NCBI GenBank assembly: GCA_045125935.1
Contig: JBGVNW010000056.1
Span: forward strand, 715-64,714
DNA: 64,000 nt
Origin: Bacilli bacterium
GTDB taxonomy: Bacteria > Bacillota_I > Bacilli_A > RF39 > UBA660
Reading direction: 5' to 3'
This document shows, piece by piece, positions 34,146-42,942 of the stretch (positions within the stretch are counted from its first letter, which is position 1; each line of letters begins with the position of its first letter). The notes below the pieces were generated by a model, which worked only from the letters and a program-made list of their open reading frames with translations, was not told the DNA's origin and made no database searches. The translations under genes and the position numbers were made by a program.

Positions 34146-36185
34146 ATGCCTAAAGAAAAGGGTTCAAAAAAATATTCTATTCTAAAAATAGTAATTTTTG
34201 TTTTAATGATTTTATCACTTTGTACAAGTGCTTTTGCAATTTTTGAACTGTTGAAACTTAGTTCTATTGAAAACTTAATCAGATATATAGTAATTGGCAT
34301 TTTAATTTTAATTGACTTATTCATTTTTATAAAGTGTTTATTTATTTTTAAGAAGAGAGCTAAAAAGAGAGTTAAAAGAATTATTTTTATTATTTTTTTA
34401 ATTTTGTATTCGATAATTTGTGGAGCGGTTGGAATAGTTATATCTTACCTATTTGGACAACTTGAAAATATGAATACAGGTTATGTCACTTATTCTTCGA
34501 GTTTAGTTATGATGAGTGATCAAGCTGTTAGTGATATTAATGATGTTGTTAATTTAAAAATTGGAGTTTTGAATAACGAAGAATCTCCAGATGGTTATAT
34601 GATACCGCAAGAGATTATTAAAGAATATAAATTGAACGATGAAAATGAAATTATTGATTATGATGATTATTCTAGTATGTTAACTGATTTATATGTTAGT
34701 GATATTGATGCTATGATTTTACCTACTAGTTATACAGAAATGTTTGTTAGTATTGCAGGATATGAGAATATTGCTAGTGACACAAAGATAATTATTACAA
34801 AAGAAAAAGAAATGAAAAAGGCTGATGTTTCAAAAGTTGAAACTGCCTCTAGTGGAAAAGATGTTACTGAACCATTCACAATTCTTTTAATGGGAATTGA
34901 TTCAACAGATGAAGTATTACAAAAAAATGCTATTGCGAATGGAGATACATTAATACTTATGACATTTAACCCTAAAACTTTGAATGCTACAATGCTTTCT
35001 ATTCCACGTGATAGTTATGTTCCTATTGCATGTTGGTCTAATAAGGCCGAAAATAAAATTACACATGCTGCTGGTTATGGAACTGATTGTATGATGAATA
35101 CTATCGAAGAATATTTAGATGTTAATATTGATTATTATGCAAAAATTAATTTTAAAGGGCTTGTTAAATTAGTTGATGCCGTTGGTGGTGTTGAAATTGA
35201 TGTTCAACAAACACTATGTACAGATGATTCAAGTCGTGGTGGTGAGGTATGTATTCAACCAGGGTATCAAACATTATATGGTGAACAAGCATTAGTTTAT
35301 GCTAGAAATAGATATGATTTAGTTGATGGTGACTTTGGAAGAAATCAACATCAGCAAGAAATTGTAATGGCTATAGCTAATAAATTTAAAAATATTACTG
35401 ATGTTACTAAATTTATGGATATACTTGATACTATTTCCAATAGTTTAGATACTAATCTTACTACTAAACAGATGTTATCGTTTTATAATGTTGGTAAAGA
35501 TATAATAAAGAAAAGTCTATCTTCGGAGGAAGCTGATTTAATTAATATTCAACAGTTATATTTATCTGGTAATGGTCAAATGATTTATGATGAACGAATG
35601 AGAATGGTTCTTTATAACTATGTTCCTAATGAGAATAGTCGTAAAGATATAGTTAAAGCGATGAAACAAAACTTAGAATTAGTTGAAACTGAGGATATTA
35701 AAGAGTTTGATTTCTCTATTAATGATCCATATGAAAAAACAATTATCGGTAAAGGTCCTTATAAATCTACAAGTTTATATAAATTACTTCCTGATTTTAC
35801 AGGAGATGACATGGCAACTGCTAAAGCTACAGCTAGTAAACTTGGGATTGGCGTAATATTTGAGGGTGATTCTGGATATGTTGTTTCTCAAAGTTATCCC
35901 GCTTCTAAGCGTATAGATTTAATGAGCGGAAGTCTAAAACTTACCCTTTCTGGTAGTACAAAAAAAGATGATGATGATGAAACTACTAAATCAGATAAAA
36001 ATGATAAGACCGACAAGGATGATAAAGATGAAACTGATAATAGTAAATCTGACAGTTCTAGTGAAAATAATAATTCTTCTGAGAGTGATGATACAGCAAA
36101 GGATACAACTGATGATAACACAAATTCTGAAACTAAAAACGAAGAAACTATTACTCCAGAAGAATCTGAACAACCTGATGAATAA
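34146..36185 (+). CDS. LytR-CpsA-Psr (LCP) family glycopolymer ligase fused to a PASTA-like domain and an acidic low-complexity tail
   Basis: LCP blocks are FTILLMGIDS, GDTLILMTFNP, SIPRDSYV, INFKGLVKLVDAVGGVEIDV and GDFGRNQHQQE. The PASTA-like unit is LPDFTGDDMATAKATASKLGIGVIFEGDSGYVVSQSYPASKRIDLMSGSLKLTLSG. A D/E/S/T/K-rich tail of about 75 aa follows. I put the start at ATG 34146, 7 nt after GGAGG. Confidence 0.8.
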   Translation: MPKEKGSKKYSILKIVIFVLMILSLCTSAFAIFELLKLSSIENLIRYIVIGILILIDLFIFIKCLFIFKKRAKKRVKRIIFIIFLILYSIICGAVGIVISYLFGQLENMNTGYVTYSSSLVMMSDQAVSDINDVVNLKIGVLNNEESPDGYMIPQEIIKEYKLNDENEIIDYDDYSSMLTDLYVSDIDAMILPTSYTEMFVSIAGYENIASDTKIIITKEKEMKKADVSKVETASSGKDVTEPFTILLMGIDSTDEVLQKNAIANGDTLILMTFNPKTLNATMLSIPRDSYVPIACWSNKAENKITHAAGYGTDCMMNTIEEYLDVNIDYYAKINFKGLVKLVDAVGGVEIDVQQTLCTDDSSRGGEVCIQPGYQTLYGEQALVYARNRYDLVDGDFGRNQHQQEIVMAIANKFKNITDVTKFMDILDTISNSLDTNLTTKQMLSFYNVGKDIIKKSLSSEEADLINIQQLYLSGNGQMIYDERMRMVLYNYVPNENSRKDIVKAMKQNLELVETEDIKEFDFSINDPYEKTIIGKGPYKSTSLYKLLPDFTGDDMATAKATASKLGIGVIFEGDSGYVVSQSYPASKRIDLMSGSLKLTLSGSTKKDDDDETTKSDKNDKTDKDDKDETDNSKSDSSSENNNSSESDDTAKDTTDDNTNSETKNEETITPEESEQPDE

Positions 36186-36201
36186 GAAAAGATGCTTGAG
36201 T

Positions 36202-36616
36202 TGAACTGAACCCCAAAAGTTGGACAGTTTATTAGTTAGAGGATTGTAACCTATAATTTACGAGGGACAGTCCTTTTAATTTTGCTTTAATTCTATCATA
36301 ATTGTAATAATAAATATAGTCATCTATTGAAACTGATAAAATTGACTCATTATTTATAATAATTCGATTTAAAATTCTTTCTTTTTCCTTAGGACTATAA
36401 CTTTTGCTTTCGTTAGTTCTAAGAATAGCAAATCCATGCTTATCAATTAATCTAACTAGATATTCAACACCAGATTTATTAATACCATATTTTGATTTTA
36501 AAGAAGTAAAAGACATTCCATTCTTTCTATCATAGTATAAATTAATTCTTTTTTCATAATTTATTTTAGTCATATAAAAACCTCGTTTCTATTTCCAAGA
36601 AACGGGGTTCATATCA
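36202..36616 (-). mobile_element. Internally deleted IS3-family (IS150-like) element, non-autonomous
   Basis: The terminal inverted repeats are TGAACTGAACCCCAAAAGTTGGA... (36202 onward) and TGATATGAACCCCGTTTCTTGGA... (reverse complement, ending at 36616). They match at 17 of 27 positions and start with TG. I saw no target duplication. Confidence 0.65.
36232..36573 (-). pseudogene. IS3-family transposase remnant: OrfA HTH region fused in frame to the last ~30 aa of OrfB (DDE core deleted)
   Basis: The 113-aa ORF has an IS150-type OrfA pattern (SLKSKYGINKSGVEYLVRLIDKHGFAIL...KSYSPKEKERILN). This is followed directly by the typical transposase C-terminus IDDYIYYYNYDRIKAKLKGLSLVNYR. Confidence 0.65.
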
Positions 36617-36687
36617 TTTCGTTGCATCTTTTTGTTACTTCATCAATATTTATTTTACTATAGCTCATCTTCTCACCTTCTATTACG

Positions 36688-36696
36688 ATTATACCA
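36688..36696 (-). promoter_or_regulatory. Extended -10 promoter (TGGTATAAT) reading toward the IS relic
   Basis: Minus-strand TGGTATAAT is followed by a GAAGGTGAG RBS and a 19-codon ORF (36609-36668). That ORF's stop codon is the TGA of the IS terminal repeat. Confidence 0.4.
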
Positions 36697-36699
36697 TGT

Positions 36700-36733
36700 C
36701 AAAAGAAAAAAATAAAATATCCGAAGATACTTT
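36700..36733 (-). terminator. Terminator of the LtaS operon
   Basis: Minus strand reads AAAGTATC-TTCG-GATATTTT (one G-U pair) followed by ATTTTTTTCTTTT. Confidence 0.6.
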
Positions 36734-37358
36734 ATTTTAATTCCACTAAATACAATTTATTATCTTGATGAACAAATATTAGATTTGCTTGTTGTTGATA
36801 ATCAGAAAATTCTTCTTCAGTATATGTCCAAACTACATCAACAGAATATGCACTCTCATCAGTTGTTTCACCATATGTGTAGGATGTATTTTCTACATTT
36901 TCTACTGTTACTGTATCTACCTCTGGTAACGATTGATTACGAGTATTATAAATATCACTCTCAACATATTTATAGAATGTATTTTCTGCATTTTCTAAGA
37001 AGTTACTTAAAATGTCTGGATGAACTATATCTACTCCACCAACATCTGTTTTAGCAGATTTATCAGATAGCGAATAAAAATCTACAATAAACATTTCTGA
37101 TAGTTTGCTTGCATAAGCACTTTCATCTACTTCTTCTGAATTCAATATTTCAATTAACTCTTTAAATAGTGACTGATAATGCTTACTTTTGTTATCTTTT
37201 AAAACATAACCATAATCATCAATTTGATCAATTACTTTTGCTTCTTTTACTTCTTCTTTTTTAGGAATTAATTTTGATACTACTAAACACCCTAGAATTA
37301 TAATTACTATAATAATTAGAATCATTATTATACGTTTTACATTTTTCTTTAGCTTCAT
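36732..37358 (-). CDS. Membrane-anchored hypothetical protein, coupled to the LtaS-family gene
   Basis: 208 aa with a single N-terminal TM segment. The start lies 1 nt after the upstream stop. Confidence 0.6.
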   Translation of the reverse strand: MKLKKNVKRIIMILIIIVIIILGCLVVSKLIPKKEEVKEAKVIDQIDDYGYVLKDNKSKHYQSLFKELIEILNSEEVDESAYASKLSEMFIVDFYSLSDKSAKTDVGGVDIVHPDILSNFLENAENTFYKYVESDIYNTRNQSLPEVDTVTVENVENTSYTYGETTDESAYSVDVVWTYTEEEFSDYQQQANLIFVHQDNKLYLVELK

Positions 37359-37359
37359 A

Positions 37360-39444
37360 CTAAATTCCTTTCTCTACTTCTTCTAGTATTTGTTCGTCTG
37401 CTTCTTCTTCAAGTAGATTAAATACAATTATATCATTAGAAACATCTAGTAGTGCATTGGTGTATTCTGTATTTTGTTTCAATTCTTCTTCACTAATAGC
37501 TTCACCATTTAAGGATAAATATTCCATCTTTTGACTATTATAGTAAGCTTTGTTAGTAACCCAATTACCGTTTGGAAAGCATACAATGTTTTCGCCAATT
37601 ACATTGAAAATATCATGTCCTAATTGATATTCATTATATATACCAAGCATATTTCCTAATGTAGGAAGAGCATCATACATTCCCATTACTTCTGTTACTT
37701 CTTGATTATATTCTGTTCCTGCCATATCTTTAGTCCAAATAATAAATGGAACTTTACGGCCTAATTCATACTGATATGAACCATATTCTTGATAGTTAGG
37801 ATCATCTTTATCTAAGATATCATCTGTTTCTTTATCATAGTTATATAATCTATTCCAATCACTTTTTGAAAGACGAGCATCATGGTCTCCATAAGTTACT
37901 AGTACAGTATCCTCTAATAATCCAGCCTCATCTAATTGCTCTATAAAATTACCTAGAGCACCATCTGCATAGTGATATGATTTGAAATAGTTTCCTAATT
38001 TTGTTCCTTCCATGTATGGGTAACTTACTTCTTCAGTAGTTCCATCTTCATGTGTAATTGTTTCCTTAATATCAACATCAAATTCACCATATTTTTCAGT
38101 ATCTGAGAATGGTGTGTGATTTGTTAACATAATCATTGTTCCATACCAATTTTCGTGCTCTTCATTAATTTGTTGTAATTTTGGAATTGATTGTGTAAAA
38201 AATTCAACATCTGATAAACCTAGACCAATTGTTGTTTCGGCAGTTACTTCATAATCCTTTTTACTATAGAATTTTTGATATCCAAGACTTTGATACATGG
38301 TTCTACGATTCCAGAAATCAGCATTATTGGCATGCATACTAAATGTATAATAGCCTTTTTCACTTAATAGATTTTGAATTGAATTATATTTTCTTTTTGG
38401 ATATGATACAAATGCTGTTCCACTTTTGGTAGGCATAAGTGAAGTTGAGAATGTTAATTCAGCATCACTACTTGTTCCAACACTAACTTGTGAATAAAAG
38501 TTAGAAAAGTACATTCCTTCTTTTGAAAGTTTATTTAATGTTGGAGTAACTTCTTCACCATTAAATTCCATTCCAATTACGTTTTGTTGCATACTTTCAG
38601 CGTGGATTACAAGGACATTTTTATCTTTAAATATATTTGTATATTCATTAGTTTCGACATCTTCTTTATCAGCAAAATAATCATTAAAATTCTTTTTAGC
38701 CTTATCATAACCAAACATTGAATTTAACTTAGGTTGAATAGACGTAATTAAATCTGAGCTTTGATAAATATAAATACCAAAACGCATAACAATATATTCT
38801 TTGTTCCATTGTTTAACAAATCTTGAAATATCTAGTGATGTCATTGTTACGACAAATAGAGCCAAAACAGTTGCTCCAACACTTAATGTTCTTGTCATTC
38901 GTTTTTTACGTTCGGATTTTACTTCTATTTTTTTATAATAATTTTTTTTCTTTAATTTAGAATTAATGATAATTAAGGAAATTGGTCCAATTACGTATAT
39001 TAAATCTTTCAATTGAATAACATTTTCTACTACTGCATCGCCAACAGCGCCAACATATTGTGTTAGTGATAGCATTGATACAGAGGCAAATGATGAATAG
39101 AAAGTGTAATATACTGAATTAATCATACATATTGCACTAAAAAATATTGTAAGTGACATGTAATACGTGAAACGATTTTTAGGTTTGAATAAGTAGCCAA
39201 ATGCACCAGCTATAATTACTACAGCTAAGTCTCCCATGAAAGCTTTTATTGAGAATATGCTACTTAGTGTTGGAATACAGAAACATCTCAATAACGTTGC
39301 ATTTACTATACATACTATTGCATATGTTATAAATAGTGTATTATTTTTTATGTATTCACGGATTAAATGTTCGTTCTTAACTTTTTTTAGTGCAGTTACT
39401 ATTTTTTCTTTTATTTTATTTAATTTGAATTTTATTCTTTTCAT
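37360..39444 (-). CDS. LTA synthase (LtaS) family sulfatase-fold phosphoglycerol transferase
   Basis: 5 N-terminal TM segments plus an extracellular sulfatase-like domain (VLVIHAESMQ, TNHTPFSD, YGDHDARL). Confidence 0.8.
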   Translation of the reverse strand: MKRIKFKLNKIKEKIVTALKKVKNEHLIREYIKNNTLFITYAIVCIVNATLLRCFCIPTLSSIFSIKAFMGDLAVVIIAGAFGYLFKPKNRFTYYMSLTIFFSAICMINSVYYTFYSSFASVSMLSLTQYVGAVGDAVVENVIQLKDLIYVIGPISLIIINSKLKKKNYYKKIEVKSERKKRMTRTLSVGATVLALFVVTMTSLDISRFVKQWNKEYIVMRFGIYIYQSSDLITSIQPKLNSMFGYDKAKKNFNDYFADKEDVETNEYTNIFKDKNVLVIHAESMQQNVIGMEFNGEEVTPTLNKLSKEGMYFSNFYSQVSVGTSSDAELTFSTSLMPTKSGTAFVSYPKRKYNSIQNLLSEKGYYTFSMHANNADFWNRRTMYQSLGYQKFYSKKDYEVTAETTIGLGLSDVEFFTQSIPKLQQINEEHENWYGTMIMLTNHTPFSDTEKYGEFDVDIKETITHEDGTTEEVSYPYMEGTKLGNYFKSYHYADGALGNFIEQLDEAGLLEDTVLVTYGDHDARLSKSDWNRLYNYDKETDDILDKDDPNYQEYGSYQYELGRKVPFIIWTKDMAGTEYNQEVTEVMGMYDALPTLGNMLGIYNEYQLGHDIFNVIGENIVCFPNGNWVTNKAYYNSQKMEYLSLNGEAISEEELKQNTEYTNALLDVSNDIIVFNLLEEEADEQILEEVEKGI

Positions 39445-39532
39445 TTACATAACCTCACTAGTTTATTATAGCATTATTATATATTTTTTTCAACTTACTA
39501 GTTTTTTAGGGTAAAAGAAAAGAAATGATTAC

Positions 39533-40369
39533 TCATTCCTTTGTTTCTATTTGCTTTTCTTGTAAATTTTTATATGTCCCTGCATTTATTATTAATCCTA
39601 GGACAAAGATATATGATAAAACATAAACCCATAATAGTAAAATTAGGATGTTAGATACACTACCATAGAACAAATCATATTTAGTAAATGTATCTAGGTA
39701 GAAAGAATATACTTCTGATGCTATAATCCAACTTACAGTTGTAAAGATTGCTCCCTTAGTAGTTGTTGCACTGCCTATTTCTTGATCTGGTGCTATTACA
39801 TAAATTAATTTTATATTAAAGTAAATTATTGCTAAACTTATTGGGTACTTTATTAATTTATATATACGATAAAAGAAATTTACCGATGCTTGATTACTTA
39901 TATTTTCTCTTAAAAATGCAAAGATAGTATCACCAAATACTGGGATTGCTAATAAGAAAAAGACAACTTCTACTAAAATTATAGTCATTAAGACTGCTTT
40001 TATTCTTCTTGTTAAAAAGTCTTTTTGTTTTATCTTATATATTTCATTTGAGGCAATTATTATTGAATGCATACCATTTGATGCAAGAAGGAATGCAGAT
40101 ACAAAAAATACACCTATATTAAAGTTAAATCCTTGTCCATTTATAATGCCTGATATAAAATCACCTACTGCTCCAGGAACACTTATATCTATTCCTTCTT
40201 TTATAACATCATAGGATATAGAAAGTTTTGAAGCAAGCGCTCCAATTAAGGCAACAATTGGTATTAGGGACATAACAAAGAAAAAAGCAAGATTTCCAGG
40301 TAAAATTCTTGTTTCAGGCTTTTTGACTAATTCAATAACCTTTTTAACAAAATTCCTAACTTGCTCCAT
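39533..40369 (-). CDS. YihY/BrkB-family membrane protein
   Basis: 6 TM segments and a family-typical N-terminus (GNLAFFFVMSLIPIV). I moved the start to ATG 40369, after AGAGGTGA. Confidence 0.65.
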   Translation of the reverse strand: MEQVRNFVKKVIELVKKPETRILPGNLAFFFVMSLIPIVALIGALASKLSISYDVIKEGIDISVPGAVGDFISGIINGQGFNFNIGVFFVSAFLLASNGMHSIIIASNEIYKIKQKDFLTRRIKAVLMTIILVEVVFFLLAIPVFGDTIFAFLRENISNQASVNFFYRIYKLIKYPISLAIIYFNIKLIYVIAPDQEIGSATTTKGAIFTTVSWIIASEVYSFYLDTFTKYDLFYGSVSNILILLLWVYVLSYIFVLGLIINAGTYKNLQEKQIETKE

Positions 40370-40384
40370 TCTTATCGTCACCTC

Positions 40385-42424
40385 TTATTTTAATTCTTCT
40401 TTGTTGGCAATCATTTCTAATGTTGCTTCATTTATGGCATCGTCTAATGTTTTAATCTTATCTTGAATCATGCTATATCCGACTGCCGCACCAAATTCGT
40501 GAGGTAATCCTTTCATTTCTTTAGCCAATTTTTTAGCATAAGTTTCTACTTGTCTTTCACTATAACCAACTAGATAAATTAAGAATTCATTACCATCTGT
40601 ACGAATTATCTCACTATTTTCCAATTGTGTATTTACAAGTATTCCTGCTGCTTTAATAATTAGTTGATCTCCTTCTTCATGACCATAATTATCATTAACA
40701 TATTTAACACTATTTAAATCTACCATTACTATTGCTTGTGGATATACTTTACTTTCTTCCCACTCTGGCATTTTAGCATTTAAATAATTACGATTCTTTA
40801 AAGAAGTTAACATATCTGTATACTTATGTCTTTCAGTAGTTTTTACTTTCTTAATTTTTCTTTTTTTCTTGTATATTAAGTACATTATCAAAAGTATACC
40901 TAATGGTATAAATACTATTGCTAAAGCAATTGTATACACTTGTTCAAAGGTTGAATCTTCTAGTATTGAGGCATGTAAATTTTCTATTCCACTATTACGA
41001 TAATTGTAATATGAATTTGTATTAATTATATAGTTAAATAAATCATAAAATGCTTCATTATCCTTTTTGACCATGAATTTATAATCATTCATCATAGTAT
41101 CTAAATATAATAAATTATAATTTTTAAACTTAGTAGTTTGATAGTAATTATATATTTCACGATCTAAAACAATAAGCTTATCGCTACCTTTTGCTAGTAA
41201 TTCATCTATATCTTTATATCCTTTAATATTAGCTTTTGAATTAGTTGAAAAATAATTAAATAAAGAATCATCTTCTAACATAGCTACATCTTTATCTTTT
41301 AAACTCTCAAGTGATGTTATAACGTGATTATCTTTTTGATATCCTAAAACAACATATTCTTCAACAAATGTTGATAGTGTTGAATAATATTTATCATTGT
41401 TATAGTTGTAGTAATCAAAGTATACGTCTATTTCACCTTTATCAATAGCTTTTTGTAACTCTTCTTTTGTTTCATATTCTTTATATTTGAAATTTACATC
41501 AGTAAGTCTTGTTATTCTATCAATATATTCTCCAGCAATACCTGCAACTTTGCCATTTACTTTTACTTCATATGGAGCATTTGATACAAATCCATAAGTG
41601 TAAGTTTCAGCAATTAATTCTGTCTTTGTTTTAGCTGGAATATTATTTTTTTGAATATAATAGTTTAAATAGTTTTCATTATATTCATCTACATATTTTG
41701 TAAGTCTCCATTTATTATAGTATTTAGTTACAATATCATTAAGTTCTTCATTATCATCGCTTAATGTTAAAACAACTTGTTTTTTCATTTCTGTTAAGAA
41801 ATAATTGATAAAATATTTATTTTTTTCAATTGTATAGTCTAAATACATAATGTTAGGCATAACAATCATATTTACTTCGTCATTATCTAAGGCATCATAT
41901 AATTCTGTTATAGTTGTGTATTTTTTATAAGAAAGATTTGTTCCGCCTTTTAGATAATAACCTATTTCTTCAGCATCTTCTTCAAAAACACCAAAAGTTA
42001 TATTTTTCATATCTTTAGTATGATTAATTCTTTCATATGTTTTTCCAACTACAATATAGTTATCATTAAATAAAAATAGATTATTCTTTTTCAAAGTTGC
42101 TTCATTGTCTAATATTTCTATACGATAACTTGTTGTTGTTGGAGATGATGATTTTAAGTATGGAATTACGTTAAATTCTATTCCAACATTTTCTTCAAAA
42201 TCATTGATAAAATTGAATATTACCCCCTCACCATTCATTCCATATAGTGGATAATCATTTACAATTTCAAAGTCATATGTTTTATCATTATTTTTCTCTA
42301 CCCATCTTTTTTCGCTAACTGTCAATGTTGTTGTCTTATCTTCTTTATTGTAATAACGATAAACAAAGACAAAGACAAGTGCCGCTATTATAATGGGAAT
42401 AATTATAATAAATTTCTTTTTCAT
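40385..42424 (-). CDS. Membrane protein: two extracytoplasmic solute-binding-like modules + degenerate GGDEF domain (DGNEF)
   Basis: The layout is TM1, about 480 aa outside, TM2, then a GGDEF fold (LTSLKNRNYL, VDLNSVKYVNDNYGHEEGD). The active-site motif reads RTDGNEF, and there is no RxxD I-site. Confidence 0.75.
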   Translation of the reverse strand: MKKKFIIIIPIIIAALVFVFVYRYYNKEDKTTTLTVSEKRWVEKNNDKTYDFEIVNDYPLYGMNGEGVIFNFINDFEENVGIEFNVIPYLKSSSPTTTSYRIEILDNEATLKKNNLFLFNDNYIVVGKTYERINHTKDMKNITFGVFEEDAEEIGYYLKGGTNLSYKKYTTITELYDALDNDEVNMIVMPNIMYLDYTIEKNKYFINYFLTEMKKQVVLTLSDDNEELNDIVTKYYNKWRLTKYVDEYNENYLNYYIQKNNIPAKTKTELIAETYTYGFVSNAPYEVKVNGKVAGIAGEYIDRITRLTDVNFKYKEYETKEELQKAIDKGEIDVYFDYYNYNNDKYYSTLSTFVEEYVVLGYQKDNHVITSLESLKDKDVAMLEDDSLFNYFSTNSKANIKGYKDIDELLAKGSDKLIVLDREIYNYYQTTKFKNYNLLYLDTMMNDYKFMVKKDNEAFYDLFNYIINTNSYYNYRNSGIENLHASILEDSTFEQVYTIALAIVFIPLGILLIMYLIYKKKRKIKKVKTTERHKYTDMLTSLKNRNYLNAKMPEWEESKVYPQAIVMVDLNSVKYVNDNYGHEEGDQLIIKAAGILVNTQLENSEIIRTDGNEFLIYLVGYSERQVETYAKKLAKEMKGLPHEFGAAVGYSMIQDKIKTLDDAINEATLEMIANKEELK

Positions 42425-42433
42425 AACTACCGC

Positions 42434-42883
42434 CTATCTATTCTTAGTCCAAGAGATAGTTCCCTTTGAATGATGTTTATAACCAATTATAGGGAAATGT
42501 TCAGTATCTCCAGTTTTTTCAATATAGATTTGAAAATCATAGTAATTCTTTTGTTCTGTTGAAAATGGCTCCAAAACCTTTGTTCCATATGATTTTGCTT
42601 TGTCTAAATCAACATCTTCATTAACTGTTATAAAAATTTTTACTAATTTTCCGGAAATATCTGTTGATACTTCTGAAACAGATTCTTCTTTCAATGTTGT
42701 TTTTACTTTTTCATATGTTTCTTCAGAAATTTCTACTTCTTCAATTCCTTCTAGTCGGTTTCCATAAATTGCCTTCCCCGAATTAGGGAAAAATATATTT
42801 TTTAGTTGGAATAAAACTACTACTAATATCAAAAATAATATGATTGCGATAATAGTACCTTTATTTCTTTTTACATAATTCAT
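42434..42883 (-). CDS. Membrane-anchored hypothetical protein
   Basis: 149 aa with one N-terminal TM segment. Confidence 0.55.
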   Translation of the reverse strand: MNYVKRNKGTIIAIILFLILVVVLFQLKNIFFPNSGKAIYGNRLEGIEEVEISEETYEKVKTTLKEESVSEVSTDISGKLVKIFITVNEDVDLDKAKSYGTKVLEPFSTEQKNYYDFQIYIEKTGDTEHFPIIGYKHHSKGTISWTKNR

Positions 42884-42912
42884 ATTCTCACATCCTAGTA
42901 TTTTAATTATAC

Positions 42913-42941
42913 ACTATAGGTAGTTCTTTTTCAATTGTCAA
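42913..42941 (-). promoter_or_regulatory. Promoter downstream of gatB for the 149-aa/GGDEF/YihY genes
   Basis: Minus strand: TTGACA (42936-42941), a 17-nt spacer, then TATAGT (42913-42918). Confidence 0.5.
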
Positions 42942-42942
42942 A

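Noticed and set aside
34073-34324. An 83-aa minus-strand ORF across the LCP promoter and 5' end.
   Set aside because: It overlaps a well-supported promoter, RBS and start on the plus strand. It has no RBS and no motif.
35894-36204. Three overlapping ORFs (35894-36121 minus, 35968-36204 plus, 35991-36173 minus) over the 3' end of the LCP gene.
   Set aside because: They are a compositional artefact of the GAT/GAA/AGT-rich acidic tail. All alternative frames are open by chance and encode implausible homopolymer-like peptides.
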